64,000 nucleotides of DNA from Raillietiella orientalis (Eukaryota): the NCBI GenBank assembly GCA_036172245.1, contig JAYWIR010000100.1, positions 62,001-126,000 on the forward strand. The letters run 5' to 3'. Numbering within the stretch: the stretch's first letter is position 1; each line of letters starts with the position of its first letter. Shown piece after piece: positions 25,101 to 37,959 of the stretch. The translations under genes were made by a program, and so were the position numbers. A model generated the notes under the pieces. The model was not told the origin of the DNA. It made no database searches and was given only the letters and a program-made list of their open reading frames with translations.

Positions 25101-28100
25101 GTGCCACGCCCTAATCTAATTTCGAACACTTCATAATCATGCTCTGAAATCGGGAAATTGGTAGGCCTTTAGACTCTCCATGACGGGAATTTGGCACTTA
25201 CTGCAAATGGATGCTTACTGAAAAGGGTCAATATTGCAACAGTTATATCCCCTGATTTCCAATTGTTTACAAAGCCTGAAAGGATGCAAATTTCTACCAC
25301 ATCATGAATCAGAGCGAAGTATAAGATTCCTCTTCTAGGTAGAACACTGTTTACCATGAAGACAACACAGAGACCAAAGTAACACCCCCTAATCTGATTT
25401 CGAACACTTCTTAGTCATGCTCTGAAATCAGGAAAATGGAAGGCCGTGAGCCTCTCCATGACGGGAATTTGCCACTCACTGAAAATGTTTGCTTAGTAAA
25501 AAGGCGTAAAAGTGCTATAGTAAAATCCCCTGATTTTTAATTGGTTACAAACAATGAAAGTTTGCAAATTTTTACCACATACTGAATTAGAGCGAAGGAA
25601 ACAATTCCTCTTCTAGGTACGACAGTGCTTACCATGAAAACAACACAGAGACCAAAGTGCCACGCCCTGACCTAATTTCGAACTCTTCTTAGTCATCCTC
25701 TGAAATCAGGAAATTGGAAGGCCGTGAGCCTCTCCATGACATGAATTGGCCACTCACTGCAAATTGATGCATCGTGAAGAGGAGCAAAACTGCAATGGTG
25801 AAATCCTTTGATTTCGAATTGATTACAAAGCCTGAAAGGTTGCAGATTTTTGCCACATCTTGAATCAGAGCGAAGTATAAGATTCCTCTTCTAGGAACGA
25901 CAGTGGTTACCATGAAGACAACACAGAGACCAAGGTAACACCCCCTAATCTGATTTCGAACACTTCTTAGTCATGCTCTGAAATCAGGAAAATGGAAGGC
26001 CGTGAGCCTCTCCATGACGGGAATTTGCCACTCACTGAAAATGTTTGCTTAGTAAAAAGGCGTAAAAGTGCTATAGTAAAATCCCCTGATTTCCAATTGG
26101 TTACAAACCATGAAAGTTTGCAAATTTTTACCACATACTGAATTAGAGCGAAGGAAACAATTCCTCTTCTAGGTACGACACTGCTTACCATGAAAACAAC
26201 ACAGAGACCAAAGTGCCACGCCCTAACCTAATTTCGAACTCTTCTTAGTCATCCTCTGAAATCAGGAAATTGGAAGGCCGTGAGCCTCTCCATGACATGA
26301 ATTGGCCACTCACTGCAAATTGATGCATCGTGAAGAGGGGCAAAACTGCAATGGTGAAATCCCCTGATTTCGAATTGATTACAAAGCCTGTAAGGTAGCA
26401 GATTTTTACCACATCATGGATCAGAGCGTACGAAAATATTCCTCTTCTAGGTACGACACTGCTTACCATGAAAACAACACAGAGACCAAAGTGCCACGCC
26501 CTAACCTAATTTCGAACTCTTCTTAGTCATCCTCTAATTAGGAAATTGGAAGGCCGTGAGCCTCTCCATGACATGAATTGGCCACTCACTGCAAATTGAT
26601 GCATCGTGAAGAGGAGCAAAACTGCAATGGTGAAATCCCCTGATTTCGAATTGATTACAAAGCCTGTAAGGTAGCAAATTTTTACCACATCATGGATCAG
26701 AGCGAACGAAAATATTCCTCTTCTAGGTACGACACTGCTTACCATGAAAACAACACAGAGACCAAAGTGCCACCCCCTAATCTAATTTCGAACACTTCTT
26801 AATCATCCGCTGTAATCAGGAAATTGGAAGGCCTTGAGGCTTTCGATGACGCAAATTTGCCACTCACTGCAAATGTATGCTTAGTGAAAAGGCGCAAAAG
26901 TGCTATAGTAAAATCCCCTCATTTCCAATTGGTTACAAACCCTGAAAGTTTGCAAATTTTTACCACATACTGAAGTAGAGCGAAGGAAAAAATTCCTCTT
27001 CTACGTACGACACTGGTTACTATGAAAACAACAGATAGACAAAAGTGCCACGCCCTAATCTAATTTCGAACACTTCATAATCATGCTCTGAAATCGGGAA
27101 ATTGGTAGGCCTTTAGACTCTCCATGACGGGAATTTGGCACTTACTGCAAATGGATGCTTACTGAAAAGGTTCAATATTGCAACAGTTATATCCCCTTAT
27201 TTCCAATTGTTTACAGAGCCTGAAAGGATGCAAATTTCTACCACATCATGAATCAGAGCGAAGTATAAGATTCCTCTTCTAGGGACGACACTGCTTACCA
27301 TGAAAACAACACAGAGACTAAAGTGCCACGCCCTCACCTATTTTCGACCTCTTCTTAGTCATCCTCTCAAATCAGGAAAATGGAAGGCCGTGAGCCTCTC
27401 CATGACATGAATTTGCCACTCACTGCAAATAGATGGTTCGTGAAGAGGAGCAAAATTGCAATGGTGAAATCCTCTGATTTCGAATTGATTACAAAACCTG
27501 AAAAGTTGCAAATTACTACCATATTATGAAGCAGAACGAAGTATAAGATTCCTCTTCTAGTTAGCACACTGTTTACCATGAAGACAACACAGAGACCAAA
27601 GTAACACCCCCTAATCTGATTTCGAACACTTCTTAGTCATGCTCTGAAATCAGGAAAATGGAAGCCCGTGAGCCTCTCCATGACGGGAATTTGCACTCAC
27701 TGAAAATGTTTGCTTAGTAAAAAGGCGCAAAAGTGCTATAGTAAAATCCCCTGATTTCCAATTGTTTACAAACCATGAAAGTTTGCAAGTTTTTACCACA
27801 TACTGAATTAGAGCGAAGGAAACAATTCCTCTTCTAGGTACTACACTGGTTACCATGAAAACAACACAGAGACCAAAGTGCCACGGCCTAATGAAATTTC
27901 GAACTCTTCTTAATCATGCTCTGAAATTAGGAAATTGGAAGGACTTGAGCCTCTCCATGACGCGAATTTGCCACTCACTGGAAATAGATGCTTCGTGAAG
28001 AGGTGCAAAACTGTTATGGAGAAATCCCCTGATTTCGAATTGATCACCAAGCCTGAAAGGTTGCAAATTTTTGCCACATCTTGAATCAGAGCGAAGTATA

Positions 28101-31100
28101 AGATTCCTCTTCTAGGAACGACAGTGGTTACCATGAAGACAACACAGAGACCAAAGTAACACCCCCTAATCTGATTTCGAACACTTCTTAGTCATGCTCT
28201 GAAATCAGGAAAATGGAAGGACGTGAGCCTCTCCATGACGGGAATTTGCCACTCACTGAAAATGTTTGCTAAGTAAAAAGGCGTAAAAGTGCTATAGTAA
28301 AATCCCCTGATTTCCAATTGGTTACAAACCCTGAAAGTTTGCAAATTTTTACCACATACTGAAGTAGAGCGAAGGAAAAAATTCCTCTTCTACGTACGAC
28401 ACTGGTTACTATGAAAACAACAGATAGACAAAAGTGCCACGCCCTAATCTAATTTCGAACACTTCATAATCATGCTCTGAAATCGGGAAATTGGTAGGCC
28501 TTTAGACTCTCCATGACGGGAATTTGGCACTTACTGCAAATGGATGCTTACTGAAAAGGGTCAATATTGCAACAGTTATATCCCCTGATTTCCAATTTTT
28601 TACAAAGCCTGAAAGGATGCAAATTTCTACCACATCATGAATCAGAGCGAAGTATAAGATTCCTCTTCTAGGTAGAACACTGTTTACCATGAAGACAACA
28701 CAGAGACCAAAGTGCCACGCCCTGACCTAATTTCGAACTCTTCTTAGTCATCCTCTGAAATCAGGAAATTGGAAAGCCGTGAGCCTCTCCATGACATGAA
28801 TTGGCCACTCACTGCAAATTGATGCATCGTGAAGAGGAGCAAAACTGCAATGGTGAAATCCTTTGATTTCGAATTGATTACAAAGCCTGAAATGTTGCAG
28901 ATTTTTGCCACATCTTGAATCAGAGCGAAGTATAAGATTCCTCTTCTAGGAACGACAGTGGTTACCATGAAGACAACACAGAGACCAAGGTAACACCCCC
29001 TAATCTGATTTCGAACACTTCTTAGTCATGCTCTGAAATCAGGAAAATGGAAGGCCGTGCGCCTCTCCATGACGGGAATTTGCCACTCACTGAAAATGTT
29101 TGCTTAGTAAAAAGGCGTAAAAGTGCTATAGTAAAATCCCCTGATTTCTAATTTGTTACAAACCATGAAAGTTTGCAAATTTTTACCACATACTGAATTA
29201 GAGCGAAGGAAACAATTCCTCTTCTAGGTACGACACTGCTTACCATGAAAACAACACAGAGACCAAAGTGCCACGCCCTAACCTAATTTCGAACTCTTCT
29301 TAGTCATCCTCTGAAATCAGGAAATTGGAAGGCCGTGAGCCTCTCCATGACATGAATTGGCCACTCACTGCAAATTGATGCATCGTGAAGAGGACCAAAA
29401 CTGCAATGGTGAAATCCCCTGATTTCGAATTGATTACAAAGCCTGTAAGGTAGCAAATTTTTACCACATCATGGATCAGAGCGAACGAAAATATTCCTCT
29501 TCTAGGTACGACACTGCTTACCATGAAAACAACACAGAGACCAAAGTGCCACCCCCTAATCTAATTTCGAACACTTCTTAATCATCCGCTGTAATCAGGA
29601 AATTGGAAGGCCTTGAGGCTTTCGATGACGGAAATTTGCCACTCACTGCAAATGTATGCTTAGTGAAAAGGCGCAAAAGTGCTATAGTAAAATCCCCTCA
29701 TTTCCAATTGGTTACAAACCCTGAAAGTTTGCAAATTTTTACCACATACTGAAGTAGAGCGAAGGAAAAAATTCCTCTTCTACGTACGACACTGGTTACT
29801 ATGAAAACAACAGATAGACAAAAGTGCCACGCCCTAATCTAATTTCGAACACTTCATAATCATGCTCTGAAATCGGGAAATTGGTAGGCCTTTAGACTCT
29901 CCATGACGGGAATTTGGCACTTACTGCAAATGGATGCTTACTGAAAAGGGTCAATATTGCAACAGTTATATCCCCTGATTTCCAATTGTTTACAAAGCCT
30001 GAAAGGATGCAAATTTCTACCACATCATGAATCAGAGCGAAGTATAAGATTCCTCTTCTAGGGACGACACTGCTTACCATGAAAACAACACATAGACTAA
30101 AGTGCCACGCCCTAACCTATTTTCGACCTCTTCTTAGTCATCCTCTCAAATCAGGAAAATGGAAGGCCGTGAGCCTCTCCATGACGGGAATTTGCACTCA
30201 CTGAAAATGTTTGCTTAGTAAAAAGGCGCAAAAGTGCTATAGTAAAATCCCCTGATTTCCAATTGGTTACAAACCATGAAAGTTTGCAAATTTTTACCAC
30301 ATACTGAATTAGAGCGAAGGAAACAATTCCTCTTCTAGGTACGACACTGCTTACCATGAAAACAACACAGAGAAGAAAGTGCCACGCCCTAACCTAATTT
30401 CGAACTCTTCTTAGTCATCCTCTGAAATCAGGAAATTGGAAGGCCGTGAGCCTCTCCATGACATGAATTGGCCACTCACTGCAAATTGATGCATCGTGAA
30501 GAGGAGCGAAACTGCAATGGTGAAATCCCCTGATTTCGAATTGATTACAAAGCCTGTAAGGTAGCAAATTTTTACCACATCATGGATCAGAGCGAACGAA
30601 AATATTCCTCTTCTAGGTACGACACTGCTTACCATGAAAACAACACAGAGACCAAAGTGCCACGCCCTAACCCAATTTCGAACTCTTCTTAGTCATCCTC
30701 TGAAATCAGGAAATTGGAAGGCCGTGAGCCTCTCCATGACATGAATTGGCCACTCACTGCAAATTGATGCATCGTGAAGAGGAGCGAAACTGCAATGGTG
30801 AAATCCCCTGATTTCGAATTGATTACAAAGCCTGTAAGGTAGCAAATTTGTACCACATCATGGATCAGAGCGAACGATGATATTCCTCTTCTAGGTACGA
30901 CACTACTTACCATGAAAACAACACAGAGACCAAAGTGCCACCCCCTAATCTAATTTCGAACACTTCTTAATCATCCGCTGTAATCAGGAAATTGGAAGGC
31001 CTTGAGGCTTTCCATGACGGAAATTTGCCACTCACTGCAAATATATGCTTAGTGAAAAGGCGCAAAAGTGCTATAGTAAAATCCCCTCATTTCCAATTGG

Positions 31101-34100
31101 TTACAAACCCTGAAAGTTTGCAAATTTTTACCACATACTGAAGTAGAGCGAAGGAAAAAATTCCTCTTCTAGGTACTACACTGGTTACCATGAAAACAAC
31201 ACAGAGACCAAAGTGCCACGGCCTAATGAAATTTCGAACTCTTCTTAATCATGCTCTGAAATTAGGAAATTGGAAGGACTTGAGCCTCTCCATGACGCGA
31301 ATTTGCCACTCACTGGAAATAGATGCTTTGTGAAGAGGTGCAAAACTGTTATGGAGAAATCCCCTGATTTCGAATTGATCACCAATCCTGAAAGGTTGCA
31401 AATTTTTGCCACATCTTGAATCAGAGCGAAGTATAAGATTCCTCTTCTAGGAACGACAGTGGTTACCATGAAGACAACACAGAGACCAAAGTAACACCCC
31501 CTAATCTGATTTCGAACACTTCTTAGTCATGCTCTGAAATCAGGAAAATGGAAGGCCGTGAGCCTCTCCATGACGGGAATTTGCCACTCACTGAAAATGT
31601 TTGCTAAGTAAAAAGGCGTAAAAGTGCTATAGTAAAATCCCCTGATTTCCAATTGTTTACAAACCATGAAAGTTTGCAAATTTTTACCACATACTGAATT
31701 AGAGCGAAGGAAACAATTCCTCTTCTAGGTACGACACTGCTTACCATGAAAACAACACAGAGACCAAAGTGCCACGCCCTAACCTAATTTCGAACTCTTC
31801 TTAGTCATCCTCTGAAATCAGGAAATTGGAAGGCCGTGAGCCTCTCCATGACATGAATTGGTCACTCACTGCAAAGTGATGCATCGTGAAGAGGAGCAAA
31901 ACTGCAATGGTGAAATCCCCTGATTTCGTATTGATTACAAAGCCTGTAAGGTAGCAAATTTTTACCACATCATGGATCAGAGCGAACGAAAATATTCCTC
32001 TTCTAGGTACGACACTGCTTACCGTGAAAACAACACAGAGACCAAAGTGCCACCCCCTAACCTAATTTCGAACCCTTCTAAGTCATCCTCTGAAATCAGG
32101 AAATTGGAAGGCCGTGAGCCTCTCCATGACATGAATTGGCCACTCACTGCAAATTGATGCATCGTGAAGAGGAGCAAAACTGCAATGGTGAAATCCCCTG
32201 ATTTCGAATTGATTACAAAGCCTGTAAGGTAGCAAATTTTTACCACATCATGGATCAGAGCGAACGAAAATATTCCTCTTCTAGGTACCACACTGCTTAC
32301 CATGAAAACAACACAGAGACCAAAGTGCCACCCCCTACTCTAATTTCGAACACTTCTTAATCATCCGCTGTAATCAGGAAATTGGAAGGCCTTGAGGCTT
32401 TCGATGACGGAAATTTGCCACTCACTGCAAATGTATGCTTAGTGAAAAGGCGCAAAAGTGCTATAGTAAAATCTTCTCATTTCCAATTGGTTACAAACCC
32501 TGAAAGTTTGCAAATTTTTACCACATTCTGAAGTAAAGCGAAGGAAAAAATTCCTCTTCTACGTACGACACTGGTTACTATTAAAACAACAGATAGACAA
32601 AAGTGCCACGCCCTAATCTAATTTCGAACACTTCATAATCATGCTCTGAAATCGGGAAATTTGTAGGGCTTTAGACTCTCCATGACGGGAATTTGGCACT
32701 TACTGCAAATGGATGCTTACTGAAAAGGGTCAATATTGCAACAGTTATATCCCCTGATTTCCAATTGTTTACAAAGCCTGAAAGGATGCAAATTTCTACT
32801 ACATCATGAATCAGAGCGAAGTATGAGATTCCTCTTCTAGGGACGACACTGCTTACCATGAAAACAACACAGAGACTAAAGTGCCATGCCCTAACCTATT
32901 TTCGACCTCTTCTTAGTCATCCTCTCAAATCAGGAAAATGGAAGGCCGTGAGACTCTCCATGACATGAATTTGCCACTCACTGAAAATAGATGCTTCGTT
33001 AGGAGGAGCAAAATTGCAATGGTGAAATCCCCTGATTTCGAATTGATTACAAAACCTGAAAAGTTGCAAATTACTACCATATTATGAAGCAGAACGAAGT
33101 ATAAGATTCCTCTTCTAGGTAGAACACTGTTTACCATGAAGACAACACAGAGACCAAAGTAACACCCCCTAATCTGATTTCGAACACTTCTTAGTCATGC
33201 TCTGAAATCAGGAAAATGGAAGGCCGTGAGCATCTCCATGACGGGAATTTGCCACTCACTGAAAATGTTTGCTTAGTAAAAAGGCGTAAAAGTGCTATAG
33301 TAAAATCCCCTGATTTCCAATTGGTTACAAACCATGAAAGTTTGCAAATTTTTACCACATACTGAATTAGAGCGAAGGAAACAATTCCTCTTCTAGGTAC
33401 GACACTGCTTACCATGAAAACAACACAGAGACGAAAGTGCCACGCCCTAACCTAATTTCGAACTCTTCTTAGTCATCCTCTGAAATCAGGAAATTGGAAG
33501 GCCGTGAGCCTCTCCATGACATGAATTGGCCACTCACTGCAAATTGTTGCATCGTGAAGAGGAGCGAAACTGCAATGGTGAAATCCCCTGATTTCGAATT
33601 GATTACAAAGCCTGTAAGGTAGCAAATTTTTACCACATCATGGATCAGAGCGAACGAAAATATTCCTCTTCTAGGTACGACACTGCTTACCATGAAAACA
33701 ACACAGAGACCAAAGTGCCACGCCCTAACCCAATTTCGAACTCTTCTTAGTCATCCTCTGAAATCAGGAAATTGGAAGGCCGTGAGCCTCTCCATGACAT
33801 GAATTGGACACTCACTGCAAATTGATGCATCGTGAAGAGGAGCGAAACTGCAATGGTGAAATCCCCTGATTTCGAATTGATTACAAAGCCTGTAAGGTAG
33901 CAAATTTGTACCACATCATGGATCAGAGCGAACGATGATATTCCTCTTCTAGGTACGACACTGCTTACCATGAAAACAACACAGAGACCAAAGTGCCACG
34001 CCCTAATCTAATTTCGAACACTTCTTAATCATCCGCTGTAATCAGGAAATTGGAAGGCCTTGAGGCTTTTCATGACGGAAATTTGCCACTCACTGCAAAT

Positions 34101-37100
34101 ATATGCTTAGTGAAAAGGCGCAAAAGTGCTATAGTAAAATCCCCTCATTTCCAATTGGTTACAAACCCTGAAAGTTTGCAAATTTTTACCACATACTGAA
34201 GTAGAGCGAAGGAAAAAATTCCTCTTCTACGTACGACACTGGTTACTATGAAAACAACAGATAGACAAAAGTGCAACGCCCCAATCTAATGTTGAACACT
34301 TCATAATCATGCTCTGAAATCGGGAAATTGGTAGGCCTTTAGACTCTCCATGACGGTAATTTGGCACTTACTGCAAATGGATGCTTACTGAAAATGGTCA
34401 ATATTGCAACAGTTATATCCCCTGATTTCCAATTGATTACAAAGCCTGAAAGGATGCAAATTTCTGCCACATCCTGAATGAGAGCGAAGTATATGATTCC
34501 TCTTCTAGGTACGACACTGCTTACCATGAAATTAACACAGAGACCAAAGTGCCACGCCCTAACCTAATTTCGAACCGTTCTTAGTCATCTTCTGAAATCA
34601 TTAGATTGGAAGGCCGTGAGCCTCTCCATGACGGGAATTTGGCACTGACTGCAAATTGATGCTTCGTGAAGAGGCGCAAAAGTGCAATAGTAAAATCCCC
34701 TCATTTCCAATTGGTTACAAACCCTGAAAGGTTGCAAATTTTTACCACATACTGAATTAGAGCGAAGGAAAAAATTCCTCTTCTAGGTACGACACTGGTT
34801 ACTATGAAAACAACAGATAGACCAAAGTGCCACGCCCTAATCTAATTTAGAACACTTCATAATCATCCTCTGAAATCGGGAAATTGGAAGGCCTTGAGCC
34901 TCTCCATGACGGGAATTTGCCACTTACTGCAAATGGATGATTAGTGAAAAGGCGCAATAGTGCAACAGTAATATCCCCTGATTTCCAATTGATTACAAAG
35001 CCTGAAAGGTTGCAAATTTTTACCACATGATGAATGAGAGCGTAGGAAAAGATTCCTTTTCTAGGTATGACACTGGTTACCATGAAAACAACAAAGAGTA
35101 AGAAGTGCCACGCCCTAACCTAATTTCGAACCCTTCTTAGTCATCCTCTGAAATCATGAAATTGGAAGTCCTTGAGCCTCTCCATGACTGGAATTTGCCA
35201 CTCACTGCAAATTGATGCTTCGTGAAGAGGAGCAAAACTGCAATGGAGAAATCCCCTGATTTCGAATTGATTACAAAGCCTGAAAGGGTGCAAATTTCTA
35301 CCACATCATGAATCAGAGCGAAGGAAAAGATTCCTCTTCTAGGAAAGACAGTGGTTAACAGGGAAACAACACAGAGACCAAAGCACCACCCTCTAATCTA
35401 ATTTAGAACACTTCATAATCATCCTCTGAATACGGGAAATTCGAAGGCCGTGAGCCTCTCCATGACGGGAATTTGCCACTCACTGGAAATAGATGATTCG
35501 TGAAGAGGTGCAAAACTGCAATGGAGGAATCCCCTAATTTCGAATTGATTACACAGCCTGAAAGGTTGCAAATTTCTACCACATTATGAATCAGAGCGAA
35601 CGAAAAGATTCCTTTTCTAGGTACGACACTGCTTACCATGAAAACAACACAGAGACCAAAGTGCCACGCCCTAACCTAATTTCGAACCCTTCTTAGTCAT
35701 CCTCTGAAATCAGGAAATTGGAAGGCCGTGAGCCTCTCCATGACATGAATTGGCCACTCACTGCAAATTGATGCATCGTGAAGAGGAGCAAAACTGCAAT
35801 GGTGAAATCCCCTGATTTCGAATTGATTACAAAGCCTGTAAGGTAGCAAATTTTTACCACATCATGGATCAGAGCGAGCGAAAATATTCCTCTTCTAGGT
35901 ACCACACTGCTTACCATGAAAACAACACAGAGACCAAAGTGCCACCCCCTACTCTAATTTCGAACACTTCTTAATCATCCGCTGTAATCAGGAAATTGGA
36001 AGGCCTTGAGGCTTTCGATGACGGAAATTTGCCACTCACTGCAAATGTATGCTTAGTGAAAAGGCGCAAAAGTGCTATAGTAAAATCTTCTCATTTCCAA
36101 TTGGTTACAAACCCTGAAAGTTTGCAAATTTTTACCACATACTGAAGTAAAGCGAAGGAAAAAATTCCTCTTCTACGTACGACACTGGTTACTATGAAAA
36201 CAACAGATAGACAAAAGTGCCACGCCCTAATCTAATTTCGAACACTTCATAATCATGCTCTGAAATCGGGAAAATGGTAGGGCTTTAGACTCTCCATGAC
36301 GGGAATTTGGCACTTACTGCAAATGGATGCTTACTGAAAAGGGTCAATATTGCAACAGTTATATCCCCTGATTTCCAATTGTTTACAAAGCCTGAAAGGA
36401 TGCAAATTTCTACCACATCATGAATCAGAGCGAAGTATGAGATTCCTCTTCTAGGGACGACACTGCTTACCATGAAAACAACACAGAGACTAAAGTGCCA
36501 TGCCCTAACCTATTTTCGACCTCTTCTTAGTCATCCTCTCAAATCAGGAAAATGGAAGGCCGTGAGACTCTCCATGACATGAATTTGCCACTCACTGAAA
36601 ATAGATGCTTCGTTAGGAGGAGCAAAATTGCAATGGTGAAATCCCCTGAATTCGAATTGATTACAAAACCTGAAAAGTTGCAAATTACTACCATATTATG
36701 GAGCAGAACGAAGTATAAGATTCCTCTTCTAGGTAGAACACTGTTTACCATGAAGACAACACAGAGACCAAAGTAACACCCCCTAATCTGATTTCGAACA
36801 CTTCTTAGTCATGCGATGAAATCAGGAAAATGGAAGGCCGTGAGCATCTCCATGACGGGAATTTGCCACTCACTGAAAATGTTTGCTTAGTAAAAAGGCG
36901 TAAAAGTGCTACAGTAAAATCCCCTGATTTCCAATTGGTTACAAACCATGAAAGTTTGCAAATTTTTACCACATACTGAATTAGAGCGAAGGAAACAATT
37001 CCTCTTCTAGGTACGACACTGCTTACCATGAAAACAACACAGAGACGAAAGTGCCACGCCCTAACCTAATTTCGAACTCTTCTTAGTCATCCTCTGAAAT

Positions 37101-37560
37101 CAGGAAATTGGAAGGCCGTGAGCCTCCCCATGACATGAATTGGCCACTCACTGCAAATTGATGCATCGTGAAGAGGAGCGAAACTGCAATGGTGAAATCC
37201 CCTGATTTCGAATTGATTACAAAGCCTGTAAGGTAGCAAATTTTTACCACATCATGGATCAGAGCGAACGAAAATATTCCTCTTCTAGGTACGACACTGC
37301 TTACCATGAAAACAACACAGAGACCAAAGTGCCACGCCCTAACCCAATTTCGAACTCTTCTTAGTCATCCTCTGAAATCTGGAAATTGGAAGGCCGTGAG
37401 CCTCTCCATGACATGAATTGGCCACTCACTGCAAATTGATGCATCGTGAAGAGGAGCGAAACTGCAATGGTGAAATCCCCTGATTTCGAATTGATTACAA
37501 AGCCTGTAAGGTAGCAAATTTGTACCACATCATGGATCAGAGCGAACGAAAATATTCCTC
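13197..37560. repeat. HOR domain II: homogeneous, variable-length HOR (8-13 monomers) built from monomer types A', H, I, J, C' and D'
   Basis: Private variants are J (GAATTGGCCACTCACTGCAAATTGATGCATCG), H (CTGAAAATGTTTGCTTAGTAAAA), I (GAAATTAGG...GATCACCAAGC), D' (CCTTTAGACTCTCC...AAAGGGTCAATATTGC) and C' (GCTTTCGATGACGG). A' monomers (TATTATGAAGCAG) start at ~13197, 15422, 18193, 20413, 24026, 27357, 32915 and 36529. Confidence 0.85.
32081..37560. repeat. Block duplication: ~32081-33950 recurs at ~35695-37560 (offset 3614 = 13 monomers)
   Basis: Shared private variants are GGTACCACACTG, CCCCCTACTCTAAT, AAAATCTTCTCATTT, GTGCCATGCCC, CGTTAGGAGG and GAGCATCTCC. ORF pairs 32671/36285, 32925/36539 and 33191/36805 are each offset by 3614. 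Confidence 0.88.
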
Positions 37561-37959
37561 TTCTAGGTACGATAGTGGTTACCATGAAAACAACACAGAG
37601 ACCAAAGTACCACGCCCGAACTTAATTTCGTACTATTCTTAATCATCCTCTGAAATCAGAAAATTTGAAGGCATTGAGCCTGTCCATGATGCGAATTTGG
37701 CACTGACTGCAAATAGATGCTTCGTGAAGACGAGCAAAACTGCAATTGTTAAATCCCCTGATTTCCGATTGATTACAAAACTTGAAAAGTTGCAAATTTC
37801 TACCACATCATGAATCAGAGCGAAGTACAAGATTGCTCTTCTAGGTAGTCTATGTTGTTTTTATGGTAATCAGAGTCCAAAGTGCCATGCTCTCATGAAA
37901 TTTCGAACTCTTCATGATCAGGCTCTTAAATCAGGAAATAGGAACGCCTTGAGCTTCTC

